Assembly: GCA_044376115.1 (NCBI GenBank)
Contig: JBILLK010000026.1
Span: 82,461-146,460, forward strand
Direction: 5' to 3'
DNA: 64,000 nt
DNA from: Polyangiaceae bacterium
Lineage (GTDB): Bacteria; Myxococcota_A; Polyangia; Polyangiales; Polyangiaceae
Shown here piece by piece: positions 55,341-64,000 of this stretch (positions are counted from its first letter, which is position 1; each line of letters starts with the position of its first letter). The notes under the pieces were generated by a model. The model did not search any database and had not been told where the DNA came from. It worked only from the letters and a program-made list of their open reading frames with translations. Made by a program: the position numbers and the translations under genes.

Positions 55341-56567
55341 ATGCGGAAGCTTCAACTTAGCAAAGCGAAGGGTGCTTACCTCCTCGCGACTCTCCTTTTG
55401 ACCACAACCTCGCTGGCAGCCTGTAAAAAGACCGACGCCGCCCAGAAGACCGAGCCTGGCGCAGAGACTTCCGAGAAGGCCCCGATTGCGACGAAGTTCG
55501 TCGCGACGATCGAGGAGGCCGTGCCTGCGCGACTCGAGGTGAGCGGCACGCTGGATCCGGATGAGCGCAGCGAAGTTGCGGCGCAAACCGCGGGCTCGGT
55601 GTTGGCGGTCAACGTGGACCTTGGCTCGCGTGTCCGAAAAGGGGACGTGCTCGTGCAGCTCGACGGGCGTGAAGCCGCACTGCGGCTCGACGTCGCCAAC
55701 GCCACGGCCGCTTCCCAACGCGCCCGCCTCGGCCTCTCGAACGCGAAGCCCTTCGCCGTAGATGACGTGGCCGAGGTGAAAATGGCTCGTGAAGCCAGTG
55801 ATTTGGCGCGGTCCGACTTCGAGCGTGCCAAGTCGCTGTTCGAGGCTGGAGCCATCTCCAAGTCGGCCTTCGATCAAGCCAAGAGCGTGAAAGAGCGCAG
55901 TGACGCCGGCTACGAGAGCGCTCGCAACGGCGCCGAGCAGTCGTGGACCTCGCTCTTGGCGTCACAATCCCAGGCCGGCCTCTCCTCCAAATCGGTGGAA
56001 GACACGCGCATTCGCGCCCCGTTTGACGGCTTGATCGAGGCCCGGCGCATCTCCGAAGGCGAATACGCGCCTCCCGGTCGCGTCGTTGCGGTGCTGGTGC
56101 GTGATGACGTACTGCGCTTTCGCTTCGACGTTCCCGAGGGGGATTCAGCGCGGGTGAGCATCGGCAACCAGCTGCAGCTATCGGTGGCGGCCTTCCCCAA
56201 CGAGGTTTTCAAGGCCACCATCAAGCGCATTGGCGCATCGGTGAAAGCCCAAACCCGCACCCTGCCGATCGAGGCGGAAGTGGCCAACGGCAATCTCAAG
56301 CTGCGGCCGGGCTTCTTCGTACGGGCCACGGTAGACCTCACCGGTGACCCAATGAAGGTCCTCACTGTGCCGCTCAAAGCGCTGATCCCGGTGACCGGGG
56401 GTAGCAAGCTGTTCGTACGGGACGGCGAGCGTGTGGCGGAGCGGATCGTCACCACCGGCCAGATCCAAGGGGACCGCGTCGAGGTCAAAGGCCAGTTGAA
56501 GGTGGGCGAGGAAGTTGCGGTGGAGAACCTCGAGAACCTCTCCGACGGTGCGAAGGTCACTCGTTAG
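55341..56567 (+). CDS. RND efflux periplasmic adaptor (MFP), lipoprotein
   Basis: Lipobox SLAAC; VRKGDVLVQLD, IRAPFDG, LRPGFF. Confidence 0.93.
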   Translation: MRKLQLSKAKGAYLLATLLLTTTSLAACKKTDAAQKTEPGAETSEKAPIATKFVATIEEAVPARLEVSGTLDPDERSEVAAQTAGSVLAVNVDLGSRVRKGDVLVQLDGREAALRLDVANATAASQRARLGLSNAKPFAVDDVAEVKMAREASDLARSDFERAKSLFEAGAISKSAFDQAKSVKERSDAGYESARNGAEQSWTSLLASQSQAGLSSKSVEDTRIRAPFDGLIEARRISEGEYAPPGRVVAVLVRDDVLRFRFDVPEGDSARVSIGNQLQLSVAAFPNEVFKATIKRIGASVKAQTRTLPIEAEVANGNLKLRPGFFVRATVDLTGDPMKVLTVPLKALIPVTGGSKLFVRDGERVAERIVTTGQIQGDRVEVKGQLKVGEEVAVENLENLSDGAKVTR

Positions 56568-56639
56568 CAGCAACTCTCGGAAGCAGTCGGCTCCCTTGGA
56601 GCACCGCGCTCGCGAGCGCCAAACCTCGGAAGATGAACC

Positions 56640-59600
56640 ATGCAGTGGCTAGCAGCGATTTGCGTTAAGAGGCCGGTTTTCGCCACGGTGATCGCGCTCC
56701 TTCTCACCGTGGTGGGAGCGTTCTCCTACGGCGGGCTCGGCGTGGACCGCTTCCCCAAGATCGACTTTCCGATCGTGACCGTGACCACCGTGATCCCGGG
56801 TGCGGCGCCCGAGCAGGTGGAGTCGGAGGTCAGCGACAAGATCGAGAGCGCGGTCAACACGCTCTCCGGCATCGACGAGCTGCGTTCGGTCTCGGTCGAG
56901 GGCGTGAGCCAGGTGTTCGTCCAGTTCAGCTTGGACAAAGATATCCACGTCGCAGCGCAAGAGGTCTCCGAGCGCGTCAACTCGATCAAGAACACGCTAC
57001 CGCCGGGCGCCGAAGAGCCGCAGATCATCAAGCTCGATCCAGACGCGACGCCGATTTTGACGCTCGTCATTTCCGGCCCTGGGGACGAGCGCGAAGTGAC
57101 CGAGTTCGCGAGCAAGACGGTCAAGCGCCAGATCGAATCGATCAACGGCGTTGGCCAGGTCACCGTGATCGGCGGGCGCGAGCGGCAGATCAACGTCTGG
57201 GTCGATCCCGACAAGGTGAAGAAGCTCGGCCTCTCACCGCTCGACGTCGAGCGAGCCCTGCGCGCGCAAAACATCGAGTACCCCAGCGGCCGCATCGAAC
57301 AGGGTCCGCTGGTGCTCACGGTGCGCACGCTCGGACGCGTGAAGTCCGTGGACGAGCTGCGCGAGATCGCCATCGTCTCCCGCGACAACTACATCATTCG
57401 CATCGGGGACATCGCCACGGTGGAGGACGGCAAAGCCGAGCCGGTGAGCGTCGGCTATATGCGCGGCAAGCCGGCCGTGATCCTCAACATCCGCAAGCAG
57501 AGCGGGCAGAACACGGTCGAGGTCGTGGAGACCATCAAAGAGCGGCTCGACGAGCTGAAGGCGCAGTGGCCCGAGGGCTACGGCGTGAAAATCGCGCGCG
57601 ATCAGTCTGAGTTCGTCGGGAACGCCATCCACGCGGTCAAGGAGCACTTGATCATCGGCTCGTTCCTCGCGGCGCTGGTGGTGCTCCTATTCCTCGGCAA
57701 CTTCCGCTCGACCTTCATCGCCGCGCTGGCCATCCCGGTCAGCATCATCAGCACCTTCGCGCTGATGGCCCAGGCGAAGTTCACGCTCAACTCGCTGACC
57801 ATGCTCGGCCTCACGCTCGCGGTCGGCATCGTGATCGACGACGCCATCGTGGTGCTCGAGAACATCTACAAACACATCGAGGAAAAGGGCAAAGACCCGT
57901 TCACCGCGGCGCTCGACGGCACCAAGGAGATCGGACTCGCGGTGCTCGCCACCACCTTGTCGCTGATCGTGGTCTTCCTCCCAGTAGCGTTCATGAGCGG
58001 CATCGTCGGCAGGTTCCTCAACTCCTTCGGCCTGACCATGGCCTTCTCGATCTTCGTCTCGATGATCGTGAGCTTCGTGCTGACGCCAATGCTGAGTTCG
58101 AAGCTCTTCAAAAAGCACGTGCACGTGCCGAACGCAGCGCCAGCGCAGGCCTCCTGGTTCTCGCCCTACAAGCTCGTTGAGAGCGTCTACATGAAGATTC
58201 TTGGCTGGTCGATGCGCCACCGTTGGGTCGTCGTGATCGCGACCGCAGCCACCTTCTTCAGCACGGTTCCGCTGGCTGGGATGGCCAACAAGAACTTCCT
58301 GCCCGAGGAGGACGAGTCTCAGTTCGGTATCACCATGCGCGCGCCCGAGGGCGTCAGCTTGGAGGCCACGCGTATCATCGCTGGCCGCATCGCAGCCGAG
58401 ATGGAGGACCTACCCGAGGTCGAATACGCGCTCACCACGATGGGTGACGACGCGCAGCAAACGCCCAACCTCGCGACCATCTACGTCAAGATGAAGCCAC
58501 CGAAGGAGCGCACGCGGACGCAGCAAGACGTGGTGGTGGTGGCGCGCCAAATGACGGAGAGCCACGCCGAACGAGAGAAGCTCCGCGTGCAAGTCGGCCC
58601 CATCCCCGCGTTCTCCGGCGGTGGACCGGCCGCGGCCGTGCAGCTGCAGGTCCAGGGCTTCGAGATGAAGCAGCTGGAGGAGTACACCGAAAAGCTGATG
58701 ATCGCGCTGCGCAGCGCCCCAGGCGTAGCTGACTCCGATACCTCGCTCGTCGTCGGCAAGCCCGAGGCTCGCATCGTGATCAACCGCAAGCGTGCGGCCG
58801 AGCTCGGCGTGAGCGTCGTGGACATCGCCAGCGCCCTGCGGCTGATGGTCGGCGGCTACGACGTCGGCAACTACACCGAGAAGGGCGAGCAATACGACGT
58901 GTTCGTGCGAGCCATTCCGGGCGGTCGCAACGAGATCAGCAAGCTCAAGCAGCTGACCGTTCCCTCGGCCAAACTCGGCACCGTCGCCCTCGAGAACGTG
59001 GTCGATATTTCGGAGGGCTCAGGCCCCTCACGCATCGACCGCTTCGCGCGCAAAAAGTCGGTCTACATCTACGCCAACTTGCTGCCCGGAGCTTCACAGC
59101 AGGCCGTGCTCGACGCCGTAAACAACGAGGCCAAGAACCTGAAGATGGCCCCCGGCTATGACCTCCAGCCGATGGGTCAGTCGAAGGAGCTTGGTCGCGC
59201 AGGTAAGAACTTCCTGCTCGCCTTCTTGCTCTCCTTCATCTTCATGTACCTGGTGCTCGCCGCACAGTTCGAGAGCTTCATTCACCCGATCACCATTCTG
59301 ATCAGCCTGCCGCTCACAGTGCCGTTCGCCATCTTGGCGGTCATCATCTTCAACCAGTCGCTCAACATCTTTTCGGCCCTGGGCATCCTCGTACTCTTCG
59401 GCGTCGTGAAGAAGAACAGCATCTTGCAGGTGGATCACACCATCCAGCTTCGTCGTGAGGGCCTACCCCGCCTTGAGGCCATCCTGCGGGCCAACAAGGA
59501 CCGCTTGCGGCCCATCTTGATGACCACCGTCGCCTTCGTCGCCGGCATGATTCCCCTCGTGCTCTCGAGCGGCGCAGGCGCGGGAACCAATCGCGCCACC

Positions 59601-59858
59601 GGCTACGTGATCATCGGCGGCCAATCGATGGCCCTCTTGCTCACGCTCGTCGCGACCCCGGTCACCTACTCCATCCTCGATGACGTCTCGGTGCTCTTGC
59701 GTCGACTCGTCGGTATGAAGCCGGAAGATCACACGCGCAGTGGCCTACCGAACGAGGGCGAGGAAGTTGCGGCCCACGCGGGCGGAGCGCACGGCAGTGA
59801 GCCGTCCACGGGTATCCATCAGCACCAAGGGCCGAGCTTCAGCCGACGCGAAGACTGA
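56640..59858 (+). CDS. RND efflux permease (AcrB/HAE1-like)
   Basis: KRPVFATV, GIVIDDAIVVLENI, VVKKNSIL, RLRPILMTT. Confidence 0.96.
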   Translation: MQWLAAICVKRPVFATVIALLLTVVGAFSYGGLGVDRFPKIDFPIVTVTTVIPGAAPEQVESEVSDKIESAVNTLSGIDELRSVSVEGVSQVFVQFSLDKDIHVAAQEVSERVNSIKNTLPPGAEEPQIIKLDPDATPILTLVISGPGDEREVTEFASKTVKRQIESINGVGQVTVIGGRERQINVWVDPDKVKKLGLSPLDVERALRAQNIEYPSGRIEQGPLVLTVRTLGRVKSVDELREIAIVSRDNYIIRIGDIATVEDGKAEPVSVGYMRGKPAVILNIRKQSGQNTVEVVETIKERLDELKAQWPEGYGVKIARDQSEFVGNAIHAVKEHLIIGSFLAALVVLLFLGNFRSTFIAALAIPVSIISTFALMAQAKFTLNSLTMLGLTLAVGIVIDDAIVVLENIYKHIEEKGKDPFTAALDGTKEIGLAVLATTLSLIVVFLPVAFMSGIVGRFLNSFGLTMAFSIFVSMIVSFVLTPMLSSKLFKKHVHVPNAAPAQASWFSPYKLVESVYMKILGWSMRHRWVVVIATAATFFSTVPLAGMANKNFLPEEDESQFGITMRAPEGVSLEATRIIAGRIAAEMEDLPEVEYALTTMGDDAQQTPNLATIYVKMKPPKERTRTQQDVVVVARQMTESHAEREKLRVQVGPIPAFSGGGPAAAVQLQVQGFEMKQLEEYTEKLMIALRSAPGVADSDTSLVVGKPEARIVINRKRAAELGVSVVDIASALRLMVGGYDVGNYTEKGEQYDVFVRAIPGGRNEISKLKQLTVPSAKLGTVALENVVDISEGSGPSRIDRFARKKSVYIYANLLPGASQQAVLDAVNNEAKNLKMAPGYDLQPMGQSKELGRAGKNFLLAFLLSFIFMYLVLAAQFESFIHPITILISLPLTVPFAILAVIIFNQSLNIFSALGILVLFGVVKKNSILQVDHTIQLRREGLPRLEAILRANKDRLRPILMTTVAFVAGMIPLVLSSGAGAGTNRATGYVIIGGQSMALLLTLVATPVTYSILDDVSVLLRRLVGMKPEDHTRSGLPNEGEEVAAHAGGAHGSEPSTGIHQHQGPSFSRRED

Positions 59859-59901
59859 ACAATACGGCGCTCACGCTCACTCGAGCCGAGCGCTGTTTCG
59901 C

Positions 59902-61200
59902 TCAGGGGTACAGCAGCTCGACCTGCTTTTGGCTGTTGAAGCCATAGCCGCCAGCGAGCAACACCGTGCCGTCCAGGAGCACCGTCGCGGTGGCAAACGT
60001 GCGGCCGCGTAGAGCCTCGGGGCCTGCCACCACGCTACCGTCCGCAGACCAGACGTTGACGTCGCGCGGCGAAGCACATTCGGAGGGCGTGCAGGTGTAG
60101 CCGCCCAGGAGGAGCGCTCCACCGCCTTGCGTTGGGACCACCAGCGGGATGGTGCGTGCAGGCGGAACATCCGGGAACTTGGTCCAGCTGTTGGACGCCG
60201 GATCGTAGACCTGCGGATCATCGAGGAACGCAACGTTCGACTTCTTTCCGCCGAACGCCAAAACCCGACCATCCTCGAGCCGAGAGGCGCCCGAGAAGAG
60301 CCGATCGGAGCCATCGAAGCTGCCGGCGGAGGTGAAGCTGCCGGTGGTCTCATCGTAAAGCTCCGCGGTCGCATGCGAGACGGCCTCCACCTCGTAGGAG
60401 GCACCGCCTGCGATCAACACACGGCCATCGTCCAAGCTCGCCGCAGCTACGGTGTAGCGGCCTTGCGTTAGCGAGCCGGTCGCTTCGAAGCTGCGCGTCG
60501 TGGGGTCGAAGAGCTCCGCGCTCGCCAACGCGTTTCCGAAGGGCTGCGGGTTGCCAGCTCCTTGCGCGGGCTTTGTCTCCGAGTCGGCTCCGGCGCCTGC
60601 AGCGATCAACACGCGCCCAGAAGCGAGCCGCGCAGCGATGTGACCGTGCCTAGGAACGACGTTGGGACCGAGGGACTCCGAGCTGCCCGTGCTCGGGTCG
60701 TAGAGCAACGCGTCGGCCACGACACCGAGTCCCGAGGGCACGCCGATGGCGTTGGATTGGCCGCCACCAACCAACAATACGAGGCCATCCGAGAGCAACG
60801 TCGCCGTGTGATTGTGGCGCGGCTCGGGCAGCGGCGCGAGCTCGGCCCAGGTATCCGTGACGGGGTCGTAAACCTCGACCGAGTCCAACATCGCGCCGGT
60901 GCTTAGCGTTTCACCGCCTATCACCAGCACCCGGCCGTCATCGAGCAACGTCGCCGTATGGCCGGCCCGCGCGACATTCATGCTAGCCCGGACGATCGTC
61001 TTCGTCGGCACCAACGCGAGGGCGAGCGGTGGTAGCGCCGAGGCCTCGCCGCCACTGCCACCACTTCCGCCCTCCCCCTGATTGCTGCCCCCTCCCCCAC
61101 CGCTCGGGCTCGCACCGGAGCCCGAGTCATCACAACCCGAAAAACCAGATAGAGAACTGGTTACCGCAAGCAACAGCGCGAAGGCGCGGAACGAGGACAT
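59902..61200 (-). CDS. Kelch-repeat lipoprotein
   Basis: Lipobox FSGC; Gly-rich linker; RAGHTATLLDDGRVLVIGG repeats. Confidence 0.9.
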   Translation of the reverse strand: MSSFRAFALLLAVTSSLSGFSGCDDSGSGASPSGGGGGSNQGEGGSGGSGGEASALPPLALALVPTKTIVRASMNVARAGHTATLLDDGRVLVIGGETLSTGAMLDSVEVYDPVTDTWAELAPLPEPRHNHTATLLSDGLVLLVGGGQSNAIGVPSGLGVVADALLYDPSTGSSESLGPNVVPRHGHIAARLASGRVLIAAGAGADSETKPAQGAGNPQPFGNALASAELFDPTTRSFEATGSLTQGRYTVAAASLDDGRVLIAGGASYEVEAVSHATAELYDETTGSFTSAGSFDGSDRLFSGASRLEDGRVLAFGGKKSNVAFLDDPQVYDPASNSWTKFPDVPPARTIPLVVPTQGGGALLLGGYTCTPSECASPRDVNVWSADGSVVAGPEALRGRTFATATVLLDGTVLLAGGYGFNSQKQVELLYP

Positions 61201-61269
61201 CGTCGAGGTGTATGCGATCTCCGTTTGGCGGATCGTCAAACCTCCTCAAGGCGATGCCCTCGCGAGCGA

Positions 61270-61647
61270 TCACTTGTCAGCGGCGCGCAGCTCGCGCAGC
61301 TTTTCGATCGCAGCCTTTCGATCGGGCACAAGGTGCAACTTCACGCCAGCGCTGAAGCTCATGCTCCGACCAAGCATGCGCACGAAGTCCTCGGTGGCGG
61401 CCATGATCACGTCTTTACCGCCACCTTCGCGAAAGAGTTCGAGGACCTCGCCAAGGATTGGTCCGAGTTCCTTGTCCACTCCAGTCACCTGGAGCGTGTC
61501 CACGATGTTGTAACGCTCGGCCCCTCGCGTGGCTCGAAGGTCTTTGTACTTGGCCACCATTGCGCGCAAATCATCGCCTTTCACTTGTCCCTGATAGACA
61601 AACTCAACGGCATCCAATCCGAGCGCGTCAACATCACAGGTCTTCAT
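61270..61647 (-). CDS. small STAS/SEC14 (SpoIIAA-like) protein
   Basis: YQGQV...YNIVD...LHLVPDRKAAIEKL pattern; start MKTCDV. Confidence 0.6.
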   Translation of the reverse strand: MKTCDVDALGLDAVEFVYQGQVKGDDLRAMVAKYKDLRATRGAERYNIVDTLQVTGVDKELGPILGEVLELFREGGGKDVIMAATEDFVRMLGRSMSFSAGVKLHLVPDRKAAIEKLRELRAADK

Positions 61648-61670
61648 CGAACTCTCTTGTTCCTCAGGGA

Positions 61671-63116
61671 TTAGGGGAAGATATTTTGGCCAGGCGTTAG
61701 CACATTGTTTGGATCGTACTCGCATTTGAGCTCGATCACGTTCTCCCATTCATCACCATAGTGCTGCTCCCAGTCGGACGGGTCGAAGGGAATGCTGCTG
61801 ATCGGGTAGCGTGTACCACCCACGGCGGCGGCGATGTCGTAGAGCGAACGATTGAGATCGACAAGAGCCTCAGGCACCCCAGGGATGGGCGGGGCGGTGC
61901 GCAAGATGTCGAATAGGAAGATCACATCTTCCTCCGGCACCCGGAACAGCGGGCGCGTGAGCTTGCTGCGCTTGAACGGGTAAAAAAGAATCGGGTCCTG
62001 CGTGTCGGTCGCCACCGTGGTCAGGGCCGTACCAACGAAGCTCGCGGCCTCACTCGCCGGAAGGAACAGGTCCAGCCAGGGGTGCGGGAAGCCCCATATG
62101 CCGATCAGCTTGAGGAAGGCGATGGTCGGCTCGAGGCGACGCAGCCATTGTTCGTAGGGTTGGTCTTCCACCGTGGAGCTGTCGAACGACAGACCGTCGA
62201 GCAGATCGTCATCGTCAGGCTGATTGGGGTCACTGAACCACGCGGCCGCCTCGATCATGTATTGGAAGCCACCGAGGCCGTTTGGCTGAACTTGACCCTC
62301 GAGATAGTCGAAGCGCTCGTCATCGGCGAGCGTCACCTGATCGGCCACGTACTGATCGACGTCGGCGTAGATCAGTCGGTAGATGCGGGCGCTCTCCTTG
62401 GCGGCCTCCAGCTTGAGGGTCGCCTTCACGATGATGCCGTACTGTCCGAGACCACCCAACACCGCCTCGAACAGATCGCGCTTCTTCGTCTTCGAGCAGG
62501 TCACCAGCTTGCCTTTTCCTGTCACGACATCGAGTTCGATCACGTTGTCGAGTTGGACGCCCTTGCGATTGGTCGCACCACCAACGCCGCCCACCGAGAG
62601 CGTGCCGCCGACCGAGAGATCGAGGTAGTCGGTGAGCACAGGGGGCGTGCGACCGTCAGCGATGCTCGCCGCAACAAGCGCGCTCCAGGTGACACCGGCA
62701 TCCACCACAGCCCGCTTGTTCGTGATCGAGTGGATCACGTTGAGCGTGCGGGAGTCGATCACAACGCCACCTTGAACTTGCGCTTGGCCCTGCGTCGAGT
62801 GGCCCTGACCGCGCATCGCGACCTTGAGACCGTGGTCGTTGGCGTACTTCACCATCTTGCGAATGTCTTTGGCAGAAGCAGGTCGCAGCACAGCGATCGG
62901 CGTGCGCGAGATGATGTGGCCGAAGTCGTCAGCTGCCTCCGCGATCGCAGCCGGGTCGACGGTCAGCTCACCATCCAAATTCGGAATCGAGATTCCTCCA
63001 GCTCCACAACTCGCGTGGGCCGTCGTCACCCACGAGCGCCCGATCGGATCGAAAGCCACCACCGCCGCCGCTGCACCACCCGCAAGGATTGCTCGCCGTC
63101 CGATTCGTTCGCTCAT
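61671..63116 (-). CDS. Tat-exported cytokinin-dehydrogenase-like FAD oxidoreductase (VAO family)
   Basis: GGAGGA RBS; IGRRAIL Tat motif; RGQGHS; TDYLDLSVGGTLS; DYLEG; PHPWLDLF; YDPNNVLTPGQNIF. Confidence 0.88.
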   Translation of the reverse strand: MSERIGRRAILAGGAAAAVVAFDPIGRSWVTTAHASCGAGGISIPNLDGELTVDPAAIAEAADDFGHIISRTPIAVLRPASAKDIRKMVKYANDHGLKVAMRGQGHSTQGQAQVQGGVVIDSRTLNVIHSITNKRAVVDAGVTWSALVAASIADGRTPPVLTDYLDLSVGGTLSVGGVGGATNRKGVQLDNVIELDVVTGKGKLVTCSKTKKRDLFEAVLGGLGQYGIIVKATLKLEAAKESARIYRLIYADVDQYVADQVTLADDERFDYLEGQVQPNGLGGFQYMIEAAAWFSDPNQPDDDDLLDGLSFDSSTVEDQPYEQWLRRLEPTIAFLKLIGIWGFPHPWLDLFLPASEAASFVGTALTTVATDTQDPILFYPFKRSKLTRPLFRVPEEDVIFLFDILRTAPPIPGVPEALVDLNRSLYDIAAAVGGTRYPISSIPFDPSDWEQHYGDEWENVIELKCEYDPNNVLTPGQNIFP

Positions 63117-63292
63117 TCGTTCCTCCTGGAAAATGTTGGTGAAAAGTTGAGACGCCCCAGACTCGAATAAAGTTTCGAGCATTGTCTCGACCCTCGTCAA
63201 CGTGGGCATTCAGCGACAGCGGCCCCACATTGACCCCCCGCAACCATTTAAAAATGCTTGCGATTTGACCCAAGAGCTTCGATAACTGTCGG

Positions 63293-63742
63293 ATGTTGTC
63301 GCGACTTGACCTACCGGCCGGGGAGGAGGGCTGGACGTCGCCGCGGGGGGAACTGCGAATCAAGCATCCCGCTCCTGGCGTCGTGGTTTTCAAGGAGACG
63401 GGTTTTCTGATCGCCGAGTTCGCTCCGCACATTCTGCGGCACAGCAACCAGGCCAAACATCAAGGCGAGAAGGCTCATCTGTTCGTGGATTGCTACGATC
63501 TCGAGGGTTATGACCCGGAGATTCGCAACGGCGGCACCGCGTGGCTGCGGGACAACGCGGACAAGGTCGCGGCCCAGCACATGCTCGTGCGCTCGCGCTT
63601 GACCAAAATGGGTCTGACAGTCGTGAGTCTCGCGGTAGGCGGTTTGATCAAAGGCCACCACGAACGTCAGTCGTTCGAGCGAGACCTTGCCGAGGCCGTG
63701 GTTCGCTCGCGGAGCACTCCCCCCAAAGCACCGAAAGCCTGA
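63293..63742 (+). CDS. hypothetical protein, STAS/SEC14-like
   Basis: PAPGVVV...GFL...HLFVDC..LEGYD..IR...HMLVRSRLTKMG pattern. Confidence 0.6.
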   Translation: MLSRLDLPAGEEGWTSPRGELRIKHPAPGVVVFKETGFLIAEFAPHILRHSNQAKHQGEKAHLFVDCYDLEGYDPEIRNGGTAWLRDNADKVAAQHMLVRSRLTKMGLTVVSLAVGGLIKGHHERQSFERDLAEAVVRSRSTPPKAPKA

Positions 63743-63757
63743 CGCTTCTGCCGAAGG

Positions 63758-64000
63758 TCAGCGCTGGAGCATGAAACGAACTTTGGCGAAGCGCGCGACG
63801 GTTCCTACGCCACCGCCGCGCGTCGCCAATAGTTCCAAGAGCCGAATCACATCGGGATCGCTGAGCGTTGGCCCAGGGATGCGCAATTCTCCCATCGCTT
63901 GGTAAACAGCATCGGATGCTTTTTCATCGCCGATGGCGCGCGAGAGCTGACCGATTAGTTCCGAGAGTTGCAAGGGCGGCCGCGCGTTGACCACCGGCGT
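63758..64000 (-). CDS. hypothetical helical protein (5' end may lie beyond the window)
   Basis: Frame open to window edge; LSELIGQLSRAIGDEKA...LLELLA...GTVARFAK. Confidence 0.55.
   Translation of the reverse strand, partial: TPVVNARPPLQLSELIGQLSRAIGDEKASDAVYQAMGELRIPGPTLSDPDVIRLLELLATRGGGVGTVARFAKVRFMLQR

Noticed and set aside
56606..56619. Perfect palindrome gcgctcgcgagcgc between the RND genes
   Set aside because: Almost all G/C and built around the very common ctcg/cgag word; likely chance in this genome.

Overview
High-GC bacterial chromosome segment whose gene content points to Myxococcota, most likely a Polyangiales/Polyangiaceae-like lineage (inferred from MYXO-CTERM tails, many Cys-rich lipoproteins with Gly-rich linkers, PEGA/TPR proteins and three Hanks-type Ser/Thr kinases). 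About 48 credible CDS. No rRNA, tRNA, CRISPR array, transposase, integrase or phage gene was recognised. Housekeeping genes include a beta-carbonic anhydrase, etfB/etfA, a cardiolipin-synthase-like PLD, an RND pump pair, an aldehyde dehydrogenase and a HK-RR-hybrid HK phosphorelay. These sit among many envelope and surface proteins. The most notable structure is 34.6-45.2 kb: two divergent, mirror-image pairs, each a MYXO-CTERM surface protein followed by a predicted outer-membrane beta-barrel partner. One pair is a traAB-like arrangement in which the TraA position is held by a protein with 16 tandem disintegrin-like repeats plus thrombospondin type-3 repeats. Other points of interest: a Ser/Thr kinase-TPR-lipoprotein operon, an ArsA/Get3 ATPase with a natural switch-I D-to-N substitution, a Tat-exported cytokinin-dehydrogenase-like flavoprotein, a duplicated HxH metal-binding Tat lipoprotein, a clear MarR operator array and REP/MITE-like inverted repeats. 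All assignments come from reading motifs by eye; no database searches were run and several start codons are estimates.
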